Positions 39,307 to 48,957 of a stretch of DNA of 64,000 nt are shown here, piece by piece. The position numbers and the translations under genes are program-made. Position 1 is the first letter of the stretch. Every line of letters begins with the position of its first letter. Where the stretch lies: NCBI GenBank assembly GCA_963676565.1, contig OY781089.1, forward strand, positions 2,432,001 to 2,496,000, read 5' to 3'. Below the pieces are notes generated by a model that was given only the letters and a program-made list of their open reading frames with translations, was not told the DNA's origin and made no database searches. Source of the DNA: Halarcobacter sp. Its GTDB lineage: Bacteria; Campylobacterota; Campylobacteria; Campylobacterales; Arcobacteraceae.

Positions 39307-41070
39307 TTAAATTAATACTACTTTATTCTTACCCTCATCTTTAGCTTTATATAAAGCATCATCAGCTCTTTTTAAAACTGTTGTAGAATCATCATCTAAA
39401 GCAAATAAAGTTAATCCAAAACTTGCTGTTACAGTTCCTACCGCTTCAAAGTTTTCAGATTCTATTGTTTTTCTTAAATCTTCCATTAATTTTAAACTTC
39501 CTTCCAATGAAGTTTCTGGACAAATTATAACAAACTCTTCTCCACCCCATCTTCCAAGATGGTCAACATTTCGGATATTTTCTTTTAAGATTTTAGCAAT
39601 TTTAATTAATACACTATCTCCAATTTGATGCCCATAATTATCATTTATATATTTAAAATTATCAATATCAATAATTGCAAGTGCAAAAGTATGATAATAT
39701 CTTTGTGAACGAATTATCTCATCTTGTAATAGTTCATCAATCTTAAATCTATTATTTATTCCTGTTAGTTTATCTGTAATTGCAAGATGTTCTAATTCAG
39801 ACTTTAATTTTTCTTTTGTTTCAAGCATATTATTTAAATAAATTGCCATTTGATTAAACTCTTTAAATAGTATTTTCCCACTATCTATTTTTGTTCTTTC
39901 ATTACTTGAATTTTCAAAGAAAGTATTAAACTCATCTATTGATTTTCTAATTCTTCTATTCCACCAAATCATTGAATATAATGATAAAAGAGTCAAACAA
40001 ATCATTAAAATACCAACTATATAAATCCTATTTTGTTGTTCCTCTTTTTGTTTTAATGCTTTATAAAATATTTCTGATTTCATTTCATCTAAATAAGAAC
40101 CTCCACCAATAGACCAATTCCATGGTTTAAAACCTTTTATATAAGCATACTTAGTTGTTTTTTGATCGGAATTAGGCTTTTTCCAAATATAATGAACAAA
40201 ATCACCCTCTTCTTGTTTTGCTACTTTATTAAACTCTTTTACAACGAATAAGCCATTTTCATCTTTAAAATTAAGCATGTTTTTTCCTACAATTTGAGGA
40301 TTTAAAGGATTCATTAAAACAGTTCCATCTAATTTATTTATAAAAAGATATTCGTGATTTCCATACCTAACTTCATTTAATCTATTTATTACCTCATTTT
40401 GAACAATTTTCTCATAATCTTTAACATATTCAGAAGTCCCAATATATAAATCAAAAGGTTCAAAATATTTTATAAAACCAATTTTTTTACTTTCATTTTT
40501 CTTATTATCTGTTCTATAAAAGTAGTATTCAACATATCCCTCTTTTTGTTTTGATGAAGCAATATATTTAAATAAATTATGAAGATTTATACCATGAGTA
40601 TCTTTATGATCTCTTAGAAAATAGGTGCCTTCATACTGGGGGAAAATAGGATGTAAAACAGTTTCTCCATCTAATTTTAAAATAAAAAAATACCCCCTGT
40701 CATCAAAAAATCTGAATTCTCTTAATGACTCTTTTATTATTGAAATAATCTCTTCATCTGATTTTGTATCTTTAAACTTATTGTATAAATTATCTGCAAT
40801 ATGATAAGCATCATAAATTTTATCTTTTAAAACTTCTTTTAGATTATTTTCTGCATTTATTCTTTTATATTTTATATAATCAATTGCATTTTCAACTTGA
40901 TTTTTAAGTAGAGTTTTTCTTTGTTCTAGTTGCATATTTTGGTAATTTTTGATGATTTGTTCAGAACTAAACCTTACTTCAAAAAACCAAAGTAGTGTTA
41001 AACTAAAGGTAAAGAAAAAAGAAACAAAAAGTATGATATTTGTAAAGGAAAAATGCTTCAAATATTTCAT
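39307..41070 (-). CDS. Cache-domain diguanylate cyclase
   Basis: 2 TM, two sCache_2-like repeats (YFFI/YLFI...HP/NP, W...G.Y), TDKLTG, RNVD I-site, GGEEF. Confidence 0.9.
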   Translation of the reverse strand: MKYLKHFSFTNIILFVSFFFTFSLTLLWFFEVRFSSEQIIKNYQNMQLEQRKTLLKNQVENAIDYIKYKRINAENNLKEVLKDKIYDAYHIADNLYNKFKDTKSDEEIISIIKESLREFRFFDDRGYFFILKLDGETVLHPIFPQYEGTYFLRDHKDTHGINLHNLFKYIASSKQKEGYVEYYFYRTDNKKNESKKIGFIKYFEPFDLYIGTSEYVKDYEKIVQNEVINRLNEVRYGNHEYLFINKLDGTVLMNPLNPQIVGKNMLNFKDENGLFVVKEFNKVAKQEEGDFVHYIWKKPNSDQKTTKYAYIKGFKPWNWSIGGGSYLDEMKSEIFYKALKQKEEQQNRIYIVGILMICLTLLSLYSMIWWNRRIRKSIDEFNTFFENSSNERTKIDSGKILFKEFNQMAIYLNNMLETKEKLKSELEHLAITDKLTGINNRFKIDELLQDEIIRSQRYYHTFALAIIDIDNFKYINDNYGHQIGDSVLIKIAKILKENIRNVDHLGRWGGEEFVIICPETSLEGSLKLMEDLRKTIESENFEAVGTVTASFGLTLFALDDDSTTVLKRADDALYKAKDEGKNKVVLI

Positions 41071-41157
41071 TATTCTAGCCTAACTTTCTGCTTTTATTTT
41101 TATTTTACCATAAATTAACCTCTTATAATAAAATTATTAAAAATTAAATTTTTAATT

Positions 41158-41631
41158 TTATTTTTTATTCTTATAAGATATATATTCTTTTCTTACATCA
41201 ACTATAAAACCTTTTTTCAAAAATTCTCTACCCAATAAAATAGGATAATTCATCTTTTTTCTATTTGTTAATGTAAACTCTGTTTCAATATATTTTCCAA
41301 AAATAAAAACTTCTGTTAATATAACGTATCTTTTTTCTATAATTCCATTTGAACTTCTAACCTTTGCAATTCTTCTAATTGGAAGTTTAAACTTTTGATT
41401 CTTATATTTTTTGTGAGTTTCATCTAAAACATCAAAAACTACATATTTATCATCGATTGATTCAATAAAACTACAATGTAAAGATGAAGTTTTAGCTCCA
41501 GTGTCAATTTTTGCTCTTAAATCTTTTAAATTTAATAAAGGTAAATCTACTCGATCATATTTTCCTATTACAATATCTTTTGCGTATAAACTTGCAAGAA
41601 AAAAACATAAAACTAAAAGTTGTTTAATCAA
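41158..41631 (-). CDS. RimK-associated putative protease (aspartyl-protease-like, 'ATP-dependent zinc protease' family)
   Basis: Signal peptide, AKIDTGAKTSSLH, MNYPILLGR. Confidence 0.85.
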   Translation of the reverse strand: MIKQLLVLCFFLASLYAKDIVIGKYDRVDLPLLNLKDLRAKIDTGAKTSSLHCSFIESIDDKYVVFDVLDETHKKYKNQKFKLPIRRIAKVRSSNGIIEKRYVILTEVFIFGKYIETEFTLTNRKKMNYPILLGREFLKKGFIVDVRKEYISYKNKK

Positions 41632-41649
41632 ATTATCTCTTTTATAAAA

Positions 41650-42162
41650 TTACTCTTGTATTGTCCAAATAAACTTTGAGGTATCAAAACCTTTTTTTGA
41701 GGCTATATCTATTAATCTTTTTTTCGTATTTTCATCAATTGTTTTTGTTCTACTTAATATCCAAAGATATTCTCTACTTGGACTTCCAACTAATGCATAT
41801 TTATAGTCTTTATCTAAATCAATAATCCAGTAATCTCCATAAAATGGTCTAAAGAAACTAACTTTTAATTTTGAATTAGTAATATCAGTAGCATAAGCTA
41901 CCCCTTTTGCTTCTTTTTTCTCATTAGTTTCAATTTTTGTACATCTGTTGATAACTCTTATTTTTTCATCTTCAAGTAAACTATAATTAGCTGTAACATT
42001 CTTGCATCCTTTTTCAAAAAAGTGTTCAAATCTAGCTATTTCATACCAAGTACCTAAGTACCTATTTAAATCAACTCTGTTTTCTGTTGCTAGGGGCTCA
42101 TACTTTGTTGAACATCCCACAAAAAAAATTATAGCTACTGTTAATATTAATTTTCTTATCAT
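41650..42162 (-). CDS. blc: Outer-membrane lipoprotein lipocalin Blc
   Basis: Lipobox FVGC, RYLGTWYEIAR, LKVSFFRPFYGDYW, YLWILSR. Confidence 0.9.
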   Translation of the reverse strand: MIRKLILTVAIIFFVGCSTKYEPLATENRVDLNRYLGTWYEIARFEHFFEKGCKNVTANYSLLEDEKIRVINRCTKIETNEKKEAKGVAYATDITNSKLKVSFFRPFYGDYWIIDLDKDYKYALVGSPSREYLWILSRTKTIDENTKKRLIDIASKKGFDTSKFIWTIQE

Positions 42163-42164
42163 CT

Positions 42165-43454
42165 TTACTCCTTTATTTTATATATGTTCTTTTTTACATC
42201 TAATGCCATTTGTTTATAATCAAAACTTGGTATCAACTCTTCTTTTCCAAGCCATTTTTTCACATACTCTTTTCCACCATAAAAGCTTGATTGTTTAACT
42301 GGGTCAAATATTCGATACTCTTTATCATTGCCAACACCTGCTTGATAAGCAAAGTTACCATAATTTGAAGCAGGATTATAATCTAATAAATACTCTTCAA
42401 AAAATGCTGCACAATATCTAAAATCTAAACCAAGATTTTTTATAAAATAGCTTGCTAATAATTGTCTTTGCCTATTACTTATCCAACCTGTCTTTTTTAG
42501 TTCTATAACTCCTGCATCAATTATATCAATGCCCGTCTTAGCATTAAAAAATAATTCTAATTTATCTTTATTATTTAAAAAATTATACTTTTTATAAATT
42601 AGTCCCTCTTTTAAAAAAAGTCTATTTTCACTTTGAAGCATTACAAAATGAAAAAAATCTCTCCAAAGTAATTCAAAAAAAATCCAATAAGAAGATTTTG
42701 AAACTCCTAATTTGTTTTCATACTCTTTTATTTTATAATACAAAGTTTTAACACTAATACAACCACTTGCTAAATAAGAGGAAAACTTTGTGGAATTATT
42801 AAATCCATCTACTAAACTTCTAGTATCATAATAAATGTGGATATATTTAGATAAATATTCATCAACTCTTTTCAAGGCGTTTGTTTCTCCACCTTTTAAA
42901 ACTCTTTTATTTTCGTCAAAAGATAAGTTTATCTCTTCAATTTTTATACACATAAAAAGTTTATCTTTTGAATCAATCACTTTTATAGGTTCTTTTATAG
43001 TCATTTTTTCTGCTTTTTTTCTAAAATGACTAAAACTTTTAGTGTAATCAAACTCAAATGGTTCTAACATTGTTTGATTAAAGAAGCTTTTACCCTTGTA
43101 TTTTTCTAGCTTCTTTTCAAATTTCCTTTCTTCAACTCCGACTTCTTTTTCAAAAAAAACTCTTAAATCATAATCTTCATTTAAAAGCTCAAGTGTTATT
43201 TGTATATCCTCAACTATATAAAGCCAAATATTTTTTTTCAGTAAATTTTTCTTTAAATCAATTAAGGACTCATAAATAAATTGTTTTCTAAACTCTCCAC
43301 ATTTATTAAATCCAAGATTATTCCCTTTTAAAATCTCCAAAGAATAAAGACATATCATATTTTCACAGCATTTTGAGGCTTCATTTAAAGCTAGATTATC
43401 ATGTATTCTAAGATTGTTTCTAAAAACTGTAATACAAAGTTTTGGCTTACTCAC
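42165..43454 (-). CDS. DASH-family cryptochrome
   Basis: FRNNLRIHDN, STKFS.YLA.GC.S, YWIFFELLWRDFF, SNRQRQ, SNYGNFAYQAGVGND. GTG start behind GAGGAG, overlapping the upstream stop. Confidence 0.85.
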   Translation of the reverse strand: MSKPKLCITVFRNNLRIHDNLALNEASKCCENMICLYSLEILKGNNLGFNKCGEFRKQFIYESLIDLKKNLLKKNIWLYIVEDIQITLELLNEDYDLRVFFEKEVGVEERKFEKKLEKYKGKSFFNQTMLEPFEFDYTKSFSHFRKKAEKMTIKEPIKVIDSKDKLFMCIKIEEINLSFDENKRVLKGGETNALKRVDEYLSKYIHIYYDTRSLVDGFNNSTKFSSYLASGCISVKTLYYKIKEYENKLGVSKSSYWIFFELLWRDFFHFVMLQSENRLFLKEGLIYKKYNFLNNKDKLELFFNAKTGIDIIDAGVIELKKTGWISNRQRQLLASYFIKNLGLDFRYCAAFFEEYLLDYNPASNYGNFAYQAGVGNDKEYRIFDPVKQSSFYGGKEYVKKWLGKEELIPSFDYKQMALDVKKNIYKIKE

Positions 43455-44835
43455 TAAATAACTCCTCTTTAAATCTTTTTGCATTATTCAAATGGTTTTG
43501 AAGTTTCTCCTCATCCATTTTATTTAGTAATGAAATTTGCATTTTCATTCTTGGATTGTCTTTGAAAAGATGATTATATTTATATAAAAAGCTCCAATAT
43601 AAACCATCCCAGATTTCACACCAACTTTCACTTTTTTTATAATCACTTGACATTTTTAAAATATAGTTACTACTACTTATATATGGTTTTGTTGTAATTG
43701 AACCACCGTCACTAAAACCACTCATACCATATACATTTCCAACCATAACCCAATCATATGCATCAATATAGTTTGCCATAAAAAACTCATATACACTATT
43801 TGGTTTTATCTCTAAAAGTAAAAATAAATTTCCAATTATCATAAGTCTTTCTATATGATGGTTATATGAAGTAAGCTTTAGTTTTTTTATTACATCATCA
43901 AAGGGTTTTAATGAAGTATCTCCTTCATAAACTTTTTTAGGAATCTCATTTTCAAAACCAAAAAAATTGGAATTTCTAAGTTTTACATGGGAAGTTTTAT
44001 AGATAGAAAGCATAAACTCTCTCCAAGCAATTATTTGTCTTAAAAATCCCTCTTTTGCATTAAAAGGTACATCAACCTTTGAAGCTTCGTTTATTAGATA
44101 TTTTAAATCTAAAAGTCCAACATTTAAACTTGAAGAGATATTTGAATGAAATAAAAAAGAGCCTTTTTCTACAATTGCATCTTGATAAACACCATATTTT
44201 TTAAATTTATTTTTTAGAAAATAACCTAGGTTTGCCCTTGCCTCTTCAAATGTTATTGGATAAGTAAACTGTTCGCAAGTTCCTACGCTTTTGAATTTCT
44301 TGCAATACTCTTTTGCTTCATGTAAATATTTATTTTCAAAATTTAGTATTTGAGGAACTAATTCATTCTTTGGCATCTTCTTTCTATTTTCACTGTCAAA
44401 ACTCCATTTTCCACCATAAGGTTTACCATTTTCAACAAATAGATTTAATTCTTTTCTTCTATTTATATAGTATTTGTGTAAAAACTTATTTTCATCATTA
44501 ACATTTAAAAAATTTGGGTTCTCAAGAATTTTTATTTTTTTAAAATTTCTTTTTATTTTTTTCAATAACCAGTCATCAACAACATCATAAATAACTATCT
44601 GTTTATCTTGATATGTTTCTAAATATCTCTCATCTTCATAATATTCCACATCGATTTCATTTTTTAGTAAATACTCTTCATAAAACTTCATTGAAGCTCT
44701 ATGAAAAATAAGTTTTTGTATATGAAAAGTATATAAAGTAAAGAACAAAGGCTCTTCAATTAGAAGAACCTTTTTATTTTTTAGATTTTCAATATTTTCA
44801 AATAATTGATGAGGATATAATATAAAGATATTCAA
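43447..44835 (-). CDS. Bacterial (6-4) photolyase-type (PhrB/CryB, FeS-BCP clade) protein lacking Fe-S cysteines
   Basis: YPHQLF, H.QKL.FHRASM, GGKWSFD..NR, EGF.RQII.WRE, HHIERLM, DAYDWVM..NV.GM, TKPYISS.NY. Confidence 0.88.
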   Translation of the reverse strand: MNIFILYPHQLFENIENLKNKKVLLIEEPLFFTLYTFHIQKLIFHRASMKFYEEYLLKNEIDVEYYEDERYLETYQDKQIVIYDVVDDWLLKKIKRNFKKIKILENPNFLNVNDENKFLHKYYINRRKELNLFVENGKPYGGKWSFDSENRKKMPKNELVPQILNFENKYLHEAKEYCKKFKSVGTCEQFTYPITFEEARANLGYFLKNKFKKYGVYQDAIVEKGSFLFHSNISSSLNVGLLDLKYLINEASKVDVPFNAKEGFLRQIIAWREFMLSIYKTSHVKLRNSNFFGFENEIPKKVYEGDTSLKPFDDVIKKLKLTSYNHHIERLMIIGNLFLLLEIKPNSVYEFFMANYIDAYDWVMVGNVYGMSGFSDGGSITTKPYISSSNYILKMSSDYKKSESWCEIWDGLYWSFLYKYNHLFKDNPRMKMQISLLNKMDEEKLQNHLNNAKRFKEELFSE

Positions 44836-44853
44836 CTTAGTTCCAATATGTGT

Positions 44854-45789
44854 TTAAGCACATCTGTTTTCAAATAAATCTTTTAGAGTTTCAAGGAAAT
44901 ATTGATTATGGTTTGGAGCCTTTGCTACTCTATAATCTTTTATTCCAACCTCATCGGCAATCTCTTTATACTCAATGTCAAGTTCAAATTGTGTTTCAGA
45001 GTTATCTACTGTAAAAGATATTGGATAAACAATAACCTTTTTATCTTTCATCTCATGAAGCTTATCATCCATATATGGTCTAATCCATTCCATTGGTCCT
45101 AGTCTAGACTGATATGCTGTATGTATATTCTTAAACTTAATACCTTGTTTTTCTAACTCCTTCTTTGCACACTCTACATTTGCAAGAATATGCTTTTGAT
45201 AAGGATCACCTTTATCTATAGTTCTTTGAGTTAAACCATGTGCAGAAAAGATTAATTCAAACTCTTCTGATTTATCATCTCCTAATGTCTCTTTTATTCT
45301 CTCTACTATTGCTTTATTATATAACTCATGGTCATAATATGAATCTAAGGTTTTAATCTTACCTTTAATACCTAATTTCTTTGCCCATTTTTCAAACTCT
45401 TCAATTGATGATTTAGTTGTAGTTGAAGAATAGTGTGGATACATTGGAATTGCATATATTTCATCATAAGGCTTTAAGTCTTTTAATACATCTTTAGCAA
45501 AAGGTGGTGTGTATCTCATCTTATAAAATACATCAGCATCAACTATTTTTTCTAGTCTTCTAGCTAATCTTTTTGTATGACCTACTATTGGAGACATTCC
45601 CCCTAGAGCTTTATAGTTTTCTTTTGCTTCTTTTTTTCTCATACTTGTAATAAAAAAGCCTATCATTGCTCTTATTGGTTGTGGAGCTCCAATTATATAT
45701 TTATCATTAAACATGTTTGTTAGGAAAACCTCTACCTCATTTAGGTTATTAGGTCCTCCCATGTTCATTAGTACAATTGCTTTTTTCAC
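44854..45789 (-). CDS. hemH: Ferrochelatase
   Basis: LMNMGGP, GG.SP, MRY..P, SAHGL, YQSRLGP..W, F..DNSET..EL. Confidence 0.95.
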   Translation of the reverse strand: MKKAIVLMNMGGPNNLNEVEVFLTNMFNDKYIIGAPQPIRAMIGFFITSMRKKEAKENYKALGGMSPIVGHTKRLARRLEKIVDADVFYKMRYTPPFAKDVLKDLKPYDEIYAIPMYPHYSSTTTKSSIEEFEKWAKKLGIKGKIKTLDSYYDHELYNKAIVERIKETLGDDKSEEFELIFSAHGLTQRTIDKGDPYQKHILANVECAKKELEKQGIKFKNIHTAYQSRLGPMEWIRPYMDDKLHEMKDKKVIVYPISFTVDNSETQFELDIEYKEIADEVGIKDYRVAKAPNHNQYFLETLKDLFENRCA

Positions 45790-45808
45790 TTATATCCTTT
45801 TTATTAGG

Positions 45809-45857
45809 ATAATATTTAAATTGGCTGTTTTTTTGTATGTAATTCTTGTTAGTTTAT
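45809..45857 (-). promoter_or_regulatory. Cluster promoter motif, site D (hemH-phrB-cry operon)
   Basis: Minus strand ATAAACTAACA-N7-CATACA-N19-TATTAT. Confidence 0.7.
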
Positions 45858-46316
45858 ATTATTTTGTTGAGATAAAATTTCTTTAGTGATTTTATGTCTA
45901 AAGCTAAACATACTATCTAATTCTTTTTTTACAAAGAAATTAAAAAGCTTACCAAATCTTCCAAAGGGTAAAACATATAAAACTTCATCTTTCAATTCTA
46001 CACTATTACCTCTTTTAGTAAATATATGGGAATGTTTCCAATACCTAAATGGAGACTTCATCGCAAAATCTACAAGTAAATTAGGTTTTTGATTTTTTAA
46101 TATCTTAACTTCCCAATATATTGGAATAGGCATAAGTTTTTTTACTGTTTTTAATCGTAGAACTTCATGCTCTTTTGCTTCAAAGCTATCATTTAACATA
46201 GTTACTTTCATATCAGGAGGAGTAATCTTTATTAAATTATTTGAATCAAGATGAAACTCATATAACTCCTCTACTGTACAGTTTTTTATTAATGAAGTTT
46301 TCTCATACTTAAACAT
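45849..46316 (-). CDS. SRPBCC family protein
   Basis: FH....NL..ITPP, SPF.YW.H.H.F, D...Y.LPFG, F..R. Confidence 0.85.
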   Translation of the reverse strand: MFKYEKTSLIKNCTVEELYEFHLDSNNLIKITPPDMKVTMLNDSFEAKEHEVLRLKTVKKLMPIPIYWEVKILKNQKPNLLVDFAMKSPFRYWKHSHIFTKRGNSVELKDEVLYVLPFGRFGKLFNFFVKKELDSMFSFRHKITKEILSQQNNIN

Positions 46317-46320
46317 TTAC

Positions 46321-47175
46321 TTAGCCTACTAAATCTTCTATAGTATCTTCTATATTTGTATATTTAAATTTAAAACCACTATCAATTAATCTTTTTGGTT
46401 TAGCACATTGTCCATCAGTTAAAACCTTTGCACCTTCACTAAATATCAAGTTTAATGCAAACTCAGGTACGGGGAATATTGTAGGTCTATTTAAAGTTTT
46501 TCCTAAAGCTTTTGTAAGTCCTAAATTAGTTGTTGGTGTTGGTGCTGTTAAGTTATACACCCCTTCACATTGTTTATTTTCTATTACATGTTCATAGGCA
46601 TCCAATAAATCACTTATATGAATAAATGAAAAATTTTGTTTCCCATCTCCAATGGTACCACCAACTCCAAGTTTAAATGGAGTTAACATCTTTTTTAAAG
46701 CTCCGCCATCACCTAATACAATACCAAATCTAAATATTGCTGTTCTAATATCTAATTCTTTAGCCTTTAAAGCTTCAGCTTCCCAATCTTTTGCTAATTT
46801 ACCTAAAAAATCTTTTGAATAATTAAAGTCATCTTCGTTATAACAAGCAATATTGTCATATATACCAACTGCTGAAGTTGATATTAAAAGTTCAGTTTTT
46901 TTTTCTGCTTTTTCAAAGGCTTTGATTAAAGCTTTTGTAGTATCTATTCTACTAGAGTATAATAATTTTTTATAAGACTCAGTCCATCTGTTGATAATAT
47001 TTGCACCAGCAAGATTAATAACTACATCTGCTTTTTCTATAGTTTTTGTAAGCTCTTTTATATCTTTAAGGGTTTCTCTTTTGATTCCAATTACTTTAAA
47101 TCCCTTATTCTCAAATCTATTTTTAATACTAGTACCAACAAAACCACTTGAGCCAGTTATTGCTAAAGTTTTCAT
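46321..47175 (-). CDS. TIGR01777 family NAD-dependent epimerase/oxidoreductase
   Basis: ITGSSGFVG, VINLAGA.I..RWT, SAVG.Y, RFGIVLG.GGAL, GQ...P..L. Confidence 0.9.
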   Translation of the reverse strand: MKTLAITGSSGFVGTSIKNRFENKGFKVIGIKRETLKDIKELTKTIEKADVVINLAGANIINRWTESYKKLLYSSRIDTTKALIKAFEKAEKKTELLISTSAVGIYDNIACYNEDDFNYSKDFLGKLAKDWEAEALKAKELDIRTAIFRFGIVLGDGGALKKMLTPFKLGVGGTIGDGKQNFSFIHISDLLDAYEHVIENKQCEGVYNLTAPTPTTNLGLTKALGKTLNRPTIFPVPEFALNLIFSEGAKVLTDGQCAKPKRLIDSGFKFKYTNIEDTIEDLVG

Positions 47176-47204
47176 ATCTACTCCTTTGCAATTTAATTTT
47201 ACAA

Positions 47205-47252
47205 ATTATAATATATTTATGATTTATTGGTATATTTTATTTGTTAGTTAAA
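47205..47252 (-). promoter_or_regulatory. Cluster promoter motif, site E (TIGR01777 operon)
   Basis: Minus strand TTTAACTAACA-N7-TATACC-N18-TATAAT. Confidence 0.7.
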
Positions 47253-47257
47253 CCTTT

Positions 47258-47965
47258 TTAAAAACTTCTTTTATCTAGATATTCTCTAAAATCTTTTGCC
47301 CCATCCTTAGAACTTGTCACAATATCATCAATTCCATTAAATGATATCTCTAACTTAGATTGTTCTACACTTTGCATAGATTTAATCTTATCTACATTTA
47401 CAATATATGACCTATGTATCCTAAAGAAATTTTTACCTTCTAATACAGACTGCATATCTCCAATCTTTTTTCGTAAGTAAGCATCTGCATCTTTGATTTT
47501 TATAATAACTTCATCTAAATCAGCTTTGATATAAAAAATATCATCTATATCAATAAGATAGATTTTATTTCCTCTTTTTGCCACAAGTTTTTTTGTTTCA
47601 TCAGCTTTTACAATATATTTTTTCATTTTATCCAATGAGTTTTTTATTGATTCATTTGAAATTGGTTTTAGTAAATAATCAATACCACCACTTTGAAAAG
47701 CTTCAAGTGCATGCTCTTCATATGCAGTTTGAAATATAATAAAAGTTTTTGGATTTAAATTTACTATTGTGTTTGCTAACTCTAAACCATTCATATCTGG
47801 CATTGATATATCTAAAAAGGCAACATCAAACTTCTCTTTACTTAAAATTTTTATTGCTTCAATAGCACTAGAACAAGCAGTAACATCTAAAATCCCTTCT
47901 TCATTTAAAAGTCTATTTAATCTACTAAGTGCTAATTTTTCATCATCTACTATCAATACTTTCAA
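47258..47965 (-). CDS. LytTR-family response regulator
   Basis: IVDDE.LA, FLDI.MP..NG, TAY, DYLLKP; LytTR signature FFRIHRSYIVN. Confidence 0.93.
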   Translation of the reverse strand: MKVLIVDDEKLALSRLNRLLNEEGILDVTACSSAIEAIKILSKEKFDVAFLDISMPDMNGLELANTIVNLNPKTFIIFQTAYEEHALEAFQSGGIDYLLKPISNESIKNSLDKMKKYIVKADETKKLVAKRGNKIYLIDIDDIFYIKADLDEVIIKIKDADAYLRKKIGDMQSVLEGKNFFRIHRSYIVNVDKIKSMQSVEQSKLEISFNGIDDIVTSSKDGAKDFREYLDKRSF

Positions 47966-47967
47966 TA

Positions 47968-48957
47968 CTAATCCTTCAAGCTTATTATAAATTTCATACT
48001 AGAACTATCTACTTGATGGCTTAATCTTCCAACATCAAGCAGATCTAATCTTTTATCAAGATTATTTAAACCTGTTCCATATTTTATTCTTTGAGATAGT
48101 TTACCATTATTTATTATAACAATCTGCTTTGAAGAAACTAAAACATCTATTTTTAGTTTATTTCTATTATATCCATGCTTTATTGCATTTTCTACTAATA
48201 GTTGAATAGAAAACTTAGGTACTAAAATATTTTCATCATCTTCATTTAACTCAACATTTAGTTCAATATTATTCTCAAACCTAATATTTTCAATATTTAA
48301 ATAGGTTTTAACCATATCAATTTCAGTTTTAATTGGAATTAAACTCTCTTTAGTAATGGCATTACGTAAAAACCTAGATAACTCAAGGGTTGCTCTCTCT
48401 GCATCTTTTTTATCTACATATATTAATTCAGAAATAGAATTTAAGGCATTAAATAAAAAATGTGGATTTAATTCATTTTCTAAAGCTTTAATTTTTGTTT
48501 CTAAAACTTGAGAATGTATATTTTCATATCTATGTTTCATTGATACAAATTGGTGTAATATTAGTCCAATTAAAAATGTGAGAAATCCAATAATTATAGA
48601 GATAAAAAACCAATAAGGACTTATAAACTCTACTATTTCAATTTTAAAAAAAGAACCAAAATAAAAACTAAAAGAGAAACCTAAAAACCCAGATAAAAAT
48701 GAGAAAAAGAAACTAATCAAATACCAAAATTTCTCTTTGAGCTTTGGTAATATAAAATCATTTGAGATTGTAATAAATACAAAAGAAAATAAAGAGATAC
48801 AAAAAGCCGTTAAACTACTAAAAAGTACTGTGTATACATTTTTGAATTCTTCATTTAGAAAATAGAAAAACCAAGAGATTAAAAACCCAAAACTAGTTCC
48901 TATAAATATTATATAAAGCCAGTCTCTTTTTGAAATTTTTAATTTTATTCTATCCAT
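47968..48957 (-). CDS. LytS/YehU-type membrane histidine kinase
   Basis: About 4 TM with short loops, L..ELNPHFLFNALNSI, E.IRF, Q.LVENAIKHG, GTGL.N...RL. Confidence 0.9.
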   Translation of the reverse strand: MDRIKLKISKRDWLYIIFIGTSFGFLISWFFYFLNEEFKNVYTVLFSSLTAFCISLFSFVFITISNDFILPKLKEKFWYLISFFFSFLSGFLGFSFSFYFGSFFKIEIVEFISPYWFFISIIIGFLTFLIGLILHQFVSMKHRYENIHSQVLETKIKALENELNPHFLFNALNSISELIYVDKKDAERATLELSRFLRNAITKESLIPIKTEIDMVKTYLNIENIRFENNIELNVELNEDDENILVPKFSIQLLVENAIKHGYNRNKLKIDVLVSSKQIVIINNGKLSQRIKYGTGLNNLDKRLDLLDVGRLSHQVDSSSMKFIISLKD

